From a virus (lineage: Duplodnaviria; Caudoviricetes), in IMG/VR virus record IMGVR_UViG_3300015608_004761, positions 1 through 64,000 of that record: a stretch of DNA of 64,000 nt. One strand, 5' to 3'. Position 1 is the stretch's first letter, and each line of letters starts with the position of its first letter. Positions 57,240-64,000 of this stretch are shown one piece after another. The translations under genes and the position numbers were made by a program. The notes beneath the pieces are model-generated. The model did no database searches, had not been told where the DNA came from, and worked only from the letters and a program-made list of their open reading frames with translations.

Positions 57240-60200
57240 ATGAGCGAGCCGACGCCCATCCTCACCGACGCCTCCCACATCCGCGAGCGGATTCGGGAGA
57301 AAGCGATCCAGACCGCGTACGCCGTATTCCCCCTGGAGGCCCAGGGGCGGAAGCTGGAGATCGAGGATGTCCACGTCCGCAACGAGCGTTACAGCCCGGT
57401 GCGAGAGGCGCGCGCGCTCATGACCGACGGGACGCTGTCCGAGGCGATGCGCGGGACGCTCGTTCTGCGCGACAAGGACGGCACGGTGCTCGACCGGGCC
57501 AAGAACTTCACCATCGCGCACCTGCCGTACTTCACCGACCGCCACACGGTGATCGCGAACGGCAACGAGTACCAGATCGCGAACCAGCTCCGCAGGAAGC
57601 CCGGGGTCTACACGGCGCGCGCGGACAACGGGGAGCTCCGGGCCATCTTCAACCTGGGCCGTGGGAAGAACTTCGACCTCGGGTTCGAGCCCAACAAGGG
57701 CACCTTCCACCTCGCCTACGGCACGAGCAACATCCCGCTTTACCCAGTGCTGCGGGCGCTGGGCGTCTCACACCAGACGATCGCCGACCAGTGGGGAAAG
57801 GGTGTCGCGGACGCGAACCACACCGCCCACGGCCATCAGACCGAGAAGGCCGTGGCGAGTCTCTACGCCAAGGTCGAGCACCCGGTGGTGATGAACCCGA
57901 ACCTGCCGCACGCCGAGAAGGTGACGGCGCTCCAGAGGAAGTACGACCAATCGACGCTCGACCCGCGCGTGACCGAGGCGACGCTCGGGGTGGCCTGGGA
58001 TAAGGTGACGCCGCAGGCGCTCATCGGTGCGGCCAAGAAGGTGCTGGCCGTCCACAACGACAAGGCGCAGGTCGACGACACCGACTCGCTCACCTTCAAG
58101 ACTTTCCACTCGATCGACGACTTCATCGCCGAGCGCATGCGCCTGACGGCCCGCGCGTGGGTCCCCGCCGCCAAGCGCGCCTTGAACGGCAAGACCAACA
58201 TCCGCGAAGCCCTGCGCCCGGCGCCCTTTTCGGACGGGCTGCGCAAGTGGGTCACGACCTCGTCGCTCTCGGCCGTGCCAACGGGCATCAACCCGCTGGA
58301 GATGCTCGACCACGCCGTCAAGGTGACCTCGCTCGGCGAGGGCGGGATCCCCAGCGATCGCGCGATCCCGCTGGACGCGCGCATGATCCACAACACACAC
58401 ATCGGCGCGCTCGACCCGATTCGCACGCCGGAGTCGAACCATTCCGGGGTCGACATCCGGGCGACCCTGGCCGCGCACCGCGACAAGGAGGGCAACCTCT
58501 ACACCGTCGTCAAGAACGTCAAGACCGGCAAGGAGGAGTTCCTCCGGTCGGGCGAGCTGCGCAAGCACGTCCTGGCCTTCCCCGGCGAGGACCTGCGCGG
58601 GCACGTGGACGCCTTCGTCGGCGGCAAGGTCGAGCGGGTGCCCGGTGATAAGGTCACCCACCAGCTCCTGCACACCGCCCACACCTACTCGCCCGCGACG
58701 ACGCTGATCCCCATGATCCACTCGATCCAAGGCAACCGCGCCATCATGGGGTCCAAGATGGGCACCCAGGCGCTGCCGCTGCTGGAGCGCGAGGCGCCGT
58801 ACGTCCAGGTCCGCTCGCACCTGCCGGGCGGAGAGAGCTTCGAGACCGTCTACGGCCACATGTTCGTGCCGCGCGCGACGGTGAGCGGGACGGTGAAGAA
58901 GATCGAGGACGGCTGGATCTACATCAAGCCGGACAAGGAGCACGAGAAGAAGTCCGAAGTTCGCCGTGAGGATGACGACGTCGACGCGGACGGGGTGAAG
59001 GTCGCCGCCGAGGACGACGGGCTCGTCAAGGTGCCCTACCAGACGCTCTTCCCGTTCCCCTCCAAGACCTACCTGCACCACGAGCTCTCGGTGAAGCCGG
59101 GCGACAAGGTGCAGGAGGGTCAGCGCCTGGGCGAGTCGAACTACACCCGCAAAGGCACCCTCGCCCTCGGCAAGAATCTGCTCGTGGCCTACATGCCGTA
59201 CTACGGCCTGAACTCCAACGACGCCGTCGTGATCTCGGAGGGTTGCGCGAAGAAGCTGACCTCTGAGCACATGTACCGCGAGGTCTACGCGCTGAACCCG
59301 CAGATCGAGCTCTCGCGCGAGAAGCACCGGATGTACTTCGGCAACAAGTACACCCGCGAGCAGTACGGCGTACTCGACGAGACGGGCGTCGTGAAGAAGG
59401 GCTCGCGAGTCCACCCGAAGGACCTCCTGGTCGCCGGGCTCACCAAGACCCAGGTGCTGGGCACGGACGCGCTCCTCGGGCGCATCTCCAAGAGCCTCGC
59501 CAAGCCCTACCAGGAGGTGACGCTCTCCTGGACCCACGGCACCCCGGGCGAGGTCGTGGACGTGGTGCGCACGGCCACGCAGATCGCCATCCTCGTGCGC
59601 ACCCACGAGCAGATGCAGGTCGGCGACAAGCTCTGCTACGACGAGCAGACGGAGGTTCTAACCGACCACGGGTGGAAGCACTTCGACTTGCTGGACCCCT
59701 TGACGGATCGTGTGGCGAGCCTTGAAGGCGGGGCCCTCCGTTACGTGGAACCCGAAGCGTACCATCGGTACGCGCGCGGGGGTCGCATGTACGCCGTCTC
59801 GTCGCAACAGCTCGACCTGTTCGTAACGGACCACCACGGGATGTACGTTCAGCGGCGCGGCGAGACCGAGTTCGCCTTGCGGCCGGCGGAAGACATCGCC
59901 GGCCAGCGGGTTCGATACAAGAAGGACGCGGACTGGCAGGGCGAGACGCCCGACCACGTGGTCTTCCCTTCGCTCACCGTCGCCGCAGGGCAGGGGGGGC
60001 GTGGGTCTCGCGTGCTGACCCCGCTGCGCATGCGAACGGACGCCTACGCCATGCTGCTGGGCGCGTACCTGTCGGAGGGGAACCTCGTCGATCAACCCGA
60101 GAGCGGCAGCTACGGGATCGACATCACGCAGATCAAGGAGCCCAACCGGGCGCGACTGCTCACGGAGCTCCGCCGCCTGGGGCTCAAGTTCAACGAGCAC

Positions 60201-62816
60201 GGGCGCGGAACGAAGGTACGCCTCTACTCGAAGCAGATCCTGGAACACTTCCGCCAGTTCGGGCACAGCCACGAGAAGTTCATCCCCCCGTACGTTTTCG
60301 ATTGGGACCGGAACACGCTGCGGATCCTTTTCGACTGGCTGGTGTGGGGAGACGGGAGCGTGGCCAACGGCCGTCCCGTCTCGTACACGACGACGTCACC
60401 GCGTCTCGCCGACGACGTACAGCGGCTGTGCCTTCACGTCGGATTCGCGGGCAACGTGAAGCGGAAGAAGCACCACCCGCGTCAAACGATCAAGGGCGAA
60501 GAGTACGATTGCCGCCCATGCTTCGACGTCCGAATCGTGACGACCAAGCTGCATCCCCAGGTCAACCACGGACACGCAACGTCGCAGAAGGCTCAACGCG
60601 AAGGGTTCGTTCCCGATTACGAATCCCCAGTCTTCTGCGTAACGGTACCTTCGGGGGTGATCTACGTCCGGCGCAACGGAAAGGGGGTGTGGTCCGGCAA
60701 CTCGGGTCGCTACGGGAACAAGGGCGTCGTCGCCAAGATCCTGCCGGACCACGAGATGGTTCAGGACTCGAAGGGCCGCCCCATCGACCTCCTGCTCACC
60801 TCGGCGGGCGTCGTCTCCCGCATCAACCCCGCGCAGGTCATCGAGACGGCCGTGGGCAAGGTCGTCGAGAAGACGGGCAAGCCCATCGTCTTCGACAACA
60901 ACGCGCGCGTCAACGCCGTCGAGTGGGCCAAGGGGCTACTGCGCGAGCACGGCGTCTCGGACAAGGAGCACGTCTACGACCCGCTCCAGAAGCGACGCAT
61001 CGAAGGCCCGGACGGCAAGGGCGTGCTCGTCGGCCGGCAGTTCATCTACAAGCTCTTCAAGTCGACGGACACGAACTTCGCCGCCCACGGCGTGGGCCCC
61101 TACGACTTGAACCAGCAGCCGCTCAAGACCGGCGGCGACGACTCGGCCAAGGGCCTCGGCAAGATGGAGTTCGACGCGCTCATCGCCCACAACGCGCGCA
61201 ACTTCCTGCGCGAGGCGGCGACGGTGAAGGGTCAGAAGAACGACGAGTTCTGGAAGGCCCTCCAGCTCGGCATGCCGCTGCCCGCACCGAAGAGCCCCTT
61301 CGCGTTCCAGAAGTTCGTCGGGATGCTCGAAGGGGCAGGGCTCCGCGTGGACAAGCGCGGCTCGAAGATGAAGCTCCTGCCCATGACGGACCGGGACGTC
61401 CTCGCCCGGTCGCGCGGGCCCATCGAGAACTCCAAGACCCTCATCGCCAAGAACCTGAAGCCCGAGACCGGGGGGCTGTTCGACCCGCGCCTGACGGGCG
61501 GCCCCCAAGGCACGCTCTACGCGCACATCGACCTGCACGAGCCGATCCCGAGCCCCGTCTTCCAGGAGCCCGTGCGGCGCCTGCTGGGCCTGACGGGCAA
61601 GGAGTTCGACCGGAAGCTCGCCGAGCACGGCGGGCAATGGTTCCACGCCGAGCTCAAGGCCATGGACGTGGGGGCCAAGATGCGCGCGCTCCAGGGCCAG
61701 CTCGCGAAGGCCAAGGGCGCCGAGCTCAACGACGTCGTCAAGCAGATCAAGTACCTGAAGGCCCTCCAGGCCGAGAAGATGGCACCCCACGAGGCGTACA
61801 TGATCTCCAAGGTGCCGGTGATCCCGCCCGTGTTCCGCCCGATCGTGACCCAGCCGGGCGACAGCTCGCAGGTCTCGATCGGGGACGCGAACAAGCTCTA
61901 CGGGCACCTCATGGACTCCAACGACACCCTGAAGGCGACGGCCCTGGAGAGCGACCGGGGTAAGCACCGCCAGCAGGTCTTCAACGCCGTGGCCGCGCTC
62001 TACGGCACCGAGGACGTGGCGAACGACGAGCTGCGCGGGCAGTCCGTCAAGGGGTTCCTCTCGAACATCGCCGGAGTGGGCACGCCGAAGGGCGGGTTCT
62101 TCCAGCGCAAGCTCATGCGGCGCACGCAGGACGTGTCGGGTCGCGGCACGGCCGTCCCGGACGCCAACCTCGGCATGGACCACGTCGGCATGCCCGAGCC
62201 GATGCTCTGGGGCATGTACGACAAGATGATCGTCGCGCGGCTCGTGCGGCAGGGCTACCCGGCGCTGGAGGCGCGCGAGCGCGTGACCAAGCGGGACCAC
62301 GTGGCGCGCGAAGCGATGCTGGCCGAGACGCGCGAGCGCCCGGTGCTCATCAACCGGGCGCCGACGCTCCACCGATGGTCGATCGTGGCGGCCTACCCAG
62401 TGCCCGTCCAGGGGAAGACCATCCGCGTGAACCCCTTCATCGAGAAGGGCATGAACCTCGACTACGACGGCGACACCTTGCAGGTCCACGCGCCCATCAC
62501 GCACGACGCGATCGAGGACGCCCGCAAGATGACCCTGTCGCAGATGCTCCTGGCCGACCAGACGCACTCACGCCTCATGGCCTTCCCGCAGCACGAGGCG
62601 ATCATCGGCTTCACCCACGCCTCCAAGGCCGTGGCCTCGGGCGCGAAGCCCCGCGAGTTCGCCTCGGCCGACGAGGCGGTGAAGGCGTGGCGCCGGGGAG
62701 AGATCAAGCTGAACGATCCCGTGACGCTCAAAGGGACCAAGACCGCCTCCGAGCAGGACCCAGACACGAACCTCACCCGCCTGCTATCCTGGCTGGAGAG
62801 CCAACCCGATGGATGA
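57240..62816 (+). CDS. rpoB-rpoC: Phage multi-subunit RNA polymerase: beta fused to N-terminal half of beta', intein-containing
   Basis: Beta motifs NGNEY..QLRRKPG, NPL..H..SLGEGG, TPE, NRAIMGSKM, GKNLLVAYMPYYGLNSND, GDK|SGRYGNKG, GKME; beta' motifs KPETGGLFD, HIDL, PVIPPVFRP, INRAPTLHR, NLDYDGD. Confidence 0.95.
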   Translation: MSEPTPILTDASHIRERIREKAIQTAYAVFPLEAQGRKLEIEDVHVRNERYSPVREARALMTDGTLSEAMRGTLVLRDKDGTVLDRAKNFTIAHLPYFTDRHTVIANGNEYQIANQLRRKPGVYTARADNGELRAIFNLGRGKNFDLGFEPNKGTFHLAYGTSNIPLYPVLRALGVSHQTIADQWGKGVADANHTAHGHQTEKAVASLYAKVEHPVVMNPNLPHAEKVTALQRKYDQSTLDPRVTEATLGVAWDKVTPQALIGAAKKVLAVHNDKAQVDDTDSLTFKTFHSIDDFIAERMRLTARAWVPAAKRALNGKTNIREALRPAPFSDGLRKWVTTSSLSAVPTGINPLEMLDHAVKVTSLGEGGIPSDRAIPLDARMIHNTHIGALDPIRTPESNHSGVDIRATLAAHRDKEGNLYTVVKNVKTGKEEFLRSGELRKHVLAFPGEDLRGHVDAFVGGKVERVPGDKVTHQLLHTAHTYSPATTLIPMIHSIQGNRAIMGSKMGTQALPLLEREAPYVQVRSHLPGGESFETVYGHMFVPRATVSGTVKKIEDGWIYIKPDKEHEKKSEVRREDDDVDADGVKVAAEDDGLVKVPYQTLFPFPSKTYLHHELSVKPGDKVQEGQRLGESNYTRKGTLALGKNLLVAYMPYYGLNSNDAVVISEGCAKKLTSEHMYREVYALNPQIELSREKHRMYFGNKYTREQYGVLDETGVVKKGSRVHPKDLLVAGLTKTQVLGTDALLGRISKSLAKPYQEVTLSWTHGTPGEVVDVVRTATQIAILVRTHEQMQVGDKLCYDEQTEVLTDHGWKHFDLLDPLTDRVASLEGGALRYVEPEAYHRYARGGRMYAVSSQQLDLFVTDHHGMYVQRRGETEFALRPAEDIAGQRVRYKKDADWQGETPDHVVFPSLTVAAGQGGRGSRVLTPLRMRTDAYAMLLGAYLSEGNLVDQPESGSYGIDITQIKEPNRARLLTELRRLGLKFNEHGRGTKVRLYSKQILEHFRQFGHSHEKFIPPYVFDWDRNTLRILFDWLVWGDGSVANGRPVSYTTTSPRLADDVQRLCLHVGFAGNVKRKKHHPRQTIKGEEYDCRPCFDVRIVTTKLHPQVNHGHATSQKAQREGFVPDYESPVFCVTVPSGVIYVRRNGKGVWSGNSGRYGNKGVVAKILPDHEMVQDSKGRPIDLLLTSAGVVSRINPAQVIETAVGKVVEKTGKPIVFDNNARVNAVEWAKGLLREHGVSDKEHVYDPLQKRRIEGPDGKGVLVGRQFIYKLFKSTDTNFAAHGVGPYDLNQQPLKTGGDDSAKGLGKMEFDALIAHNARNFLREAATVKGQKNDEFWKALQLGMPLPAPKSPFAFQKFVGMLEGAGLRVDKRGSKMKLLPMTDRDVLARSRGPIENSKTLIAKNLKPETGGLFDPRLTGGPQGTLYAHIDLHEPIPSPVFQEPVRRLLGLTGKEFDRKLAEHGGQWFHAELKAMDVGAKMRALQGQLAKAKGAELNDVVKQIKYLKALQAEKMAPHEAYMISKVPVIPPVFRPIVTQPGDSSQVSIGDANKLYGHLMDSNDTLKATALESDRGKHRQQVFNAVAALYGTEDVANDELRGQSVKGFLSNIAGVGTPKGGFFQRKLMRRTQDVSGRGTAVPDANLGMDHVGMPEPMLWGMYDKMIVARLVRQGYPALEARERVTKRDHVAREAMLAETRERPVLINRAPTLHRWSIVAAYPVPVQGKTIRVNPFIEKGMNLDYDGDTLQVHAPITHDAIEDARKMTLSQMLLADQTHSRLMAFPQHEAIIGFTHASKAVASGAKPREFASADEAVKAWRRGEIKLNDPVTLKGTKTASEQDPDTNLTRLLSWLESQPDG
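59634..60701 (+). mobile_element. Intein with LAGLIDADG endonuclease in RNAP beta (356 aa)
   Basis: CYDEQTEVLT...VWSGN followed by Ser; LLGAYLSEG and LVWGDG motifs. Confidence 0.92.
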
Positions 62817-63291
62817 CTTCCCTGCCGACATCGACGGAATGCTGAAGGCCGCCGAGGACCCGGAGCCGGAGCCCGACCCCGTGCCGGGCCTCGTGCGCAA
62901 GCTCCTCTCCGTCAAGTACGCCGTACTGCTGGCGTACGTGAGCTACGGCGACCAGCTCCGGGGCGCGAACCGCGACGGGCTCTACGAGCACTTCCAGGAG
63001 CACGTGAAGGACGAGCGCCGCTCGATCTACGAGTTGAACCGTCACCTCGCCTCGCGGGGGGAGGTGCACGTGCCGCACAACGTCACCATCCCCGAGGTCG
63101 AGCTCGGGGGCCCGGTGCCGCTCCTCGGCGTGCTCCTCCAGTTCGAGGAGGCCGCCCTCGAAGCGTGGCGCGAGCTCTTCCGCGCGATCCCGCCGAACAA
63201 GAACGTGGGGCTCTCGGGCTTCGCGCAGAACGGCGCGCAAGCCCAGCTCGCCCACGTCGAGGACCTGCGTCGCTGGGGGGCCCGGTCGTGA
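62809..63291 (+). CDS. Ferritin-like (bacterioferritin/Dps fold) protein
   Basis: Four-helix pattern LYEHFQEHVKDE..EL..HL, FEEAALEAW, QLAHVEDL. Confidence 0.6.
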   Translation: MDDFPADIDGMLKAAEDPEPEPDPVPGLVRKLLSVKYAVLLAYVSYGDQLRGANRDGLYEHFQEHVKDERRSIYELNRHLASRGEVHVPHNVTIPEVELGGPVPLLGVLLQFEEAALEAWRELFRAIPPNKNVGLSGFAQNGAQAQLAHVEDLRRWGARS

Positions 63292-63506
63292 AGCGTGTCG
63301 AGGTGTCCATGGGCCCGATCGTCCGGGGCGACGCGGGGAAGTTCTCCGGCACGCGCCACGCGTTCACGCAGGCCGAGGAGGTGCTCAAGAAGTACGCGCT
63401 CCTGGCGGACAAGGGCAACCCGGCGGACTTCCTCGCCAAGCTCTTCCGCTCGAACCACTTCGGCTACGACGCGAAGACGAACCCCCTCAACCGGCGATAC
63501 CCGTGA
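63288..63506 (+). CDS. Hypothetical protein
   Basis: GTG 63288; GTGA overlaps at both ends. Confidence 0.6.
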   Translation: MKRVEVSMGPIVRGDAGKFSGTRHAFTQAEEVLKKYALLADKGNPADFLAKLFRSNHFGYDAKTNPLNRRYP

Positions 63507-64000
63507 CAACCACCGTCGGTCACCTCCTCATCAACGCGGCCCTCCCTGACACGCACCAGATCTCGGGGCCCGTGACCAACAAGTTCCTCCACGACCACGT
63601 GGTGGACTTGGCCCGCTCGGACCCGCAGAAGTACGTGCGCACCGTCACGGACCTGAAGCGGCGCGGGGACGAGATCGCCACGCTCGAAGGGATCTCGGTG
63701 GGCCTGGACGACATCCGGCCCGACTACGCCGCGCGCGACGCGATCGTGAAGCCCGCCGTCGCCGCCCTGCGCAAGGCCACCTCGACGGGCGAGAAGGAGC
63801 GGGTCATCACCGAGGCGCAGAGCCGGATGCTGGCGTACACCAAGACCCACCCGGGCTCGATGACGCACATGGCCCTCTCGGGCGCGCGCGGCAACCCAGC
63901 GCAGCTCATGAAGATCGTGGGGACGCCGCTCGCGACTACGCACCCGCGCGAGGGCCTCGTGCCGCGCGTCCTGGAGCGGTCGTACTCCGAGGGGCTCTCC
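63503..64000 (+). CDS. rpoC: RNA polymerase beta' C-terminal subunit, 5' part (runs off the window)
   Basis: Own translation, not in the ORF track: MTTTVGHLLINAALP..DLKRRGDEIATLEGISVGLDDI..MALSGARGNPAQL..RSYSEGLS. Confidence 0.9.
   Translation, partial: MTTTVGHLLINAALPDTHQISGPVTNKFLHDHVVDLARSDPQKYVRTVTDLKRRGDEIATLEGISVGLDDIRPDYAARDAIVKPAVAALRKATSTGEKERVITEAQSRMLAYTKTHPGSMTHMALSGARGNPAQLMKIVGTPLATTHPREGLVPRVLERSYSEGLS

Noticed and set aside
57240-64000. Host rpoBC operon (chromosomal or chimeric contig)
   Set aside because: No ribosomal-protein neighbours, highly divergent motifs, unusual split, and flanked by phage-like genes
1-64000. Stop-codon reassignment
   Set aside because: Recognisable genes are intact under the standard code, and TAA, TAG and TGA all terminate genes

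Overview
GC-rich 64-kb segment of a large tailed dsDNA phage, probably a contractile-tailed myovirus of unknown host. No host housekeeping operons, rRNA, tRNA or CRISPR array were seen. From left to right: small leftward accessory genes (GHKL ATPase-HExxH protein, SLT transglycosylase, Zn-finger proteins, intein-containing DinG helicase); a tail/baseplate module (frameshifting tail chaperone, tape measure, M23 hub protein, sigma factor, amidase-like protein, gp25-like and J-like baseplate proteins, fibre); class II RNR and RuvC; a block leading to the terminase; a leftward replication block (DEDDh exonuclease, UDG-like/PolA fusion, primase-ATPase, PD-(D/E)XK nuclease, ParB-like, SNF2) containing a second sigma factor; then a putative portal and a phage-encoded multi-subunit RNA polymerase. 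The most striking system is a self-contained transcription apparatus. It comprises a beta::beta'-N fusion (intein in the GDK..GRxGNKG motif, no beta' N-terminal Zn domain), a separate beta'-C gene, two sigma70-family factors and two recurring candidate promoter classes (TAnnnT-N6-start leaderless signals before rightward genes; GGTRnAAG before leftward genes). Also notable are a duplicated ~260-bp terminator/palindrome/promoter/RBS cassette that drives different cargo genes, a type-I-toxin-like micro-ORF and a candidate structured ncRNA. All functional calls come from motif recognition by eye; no searches were run.
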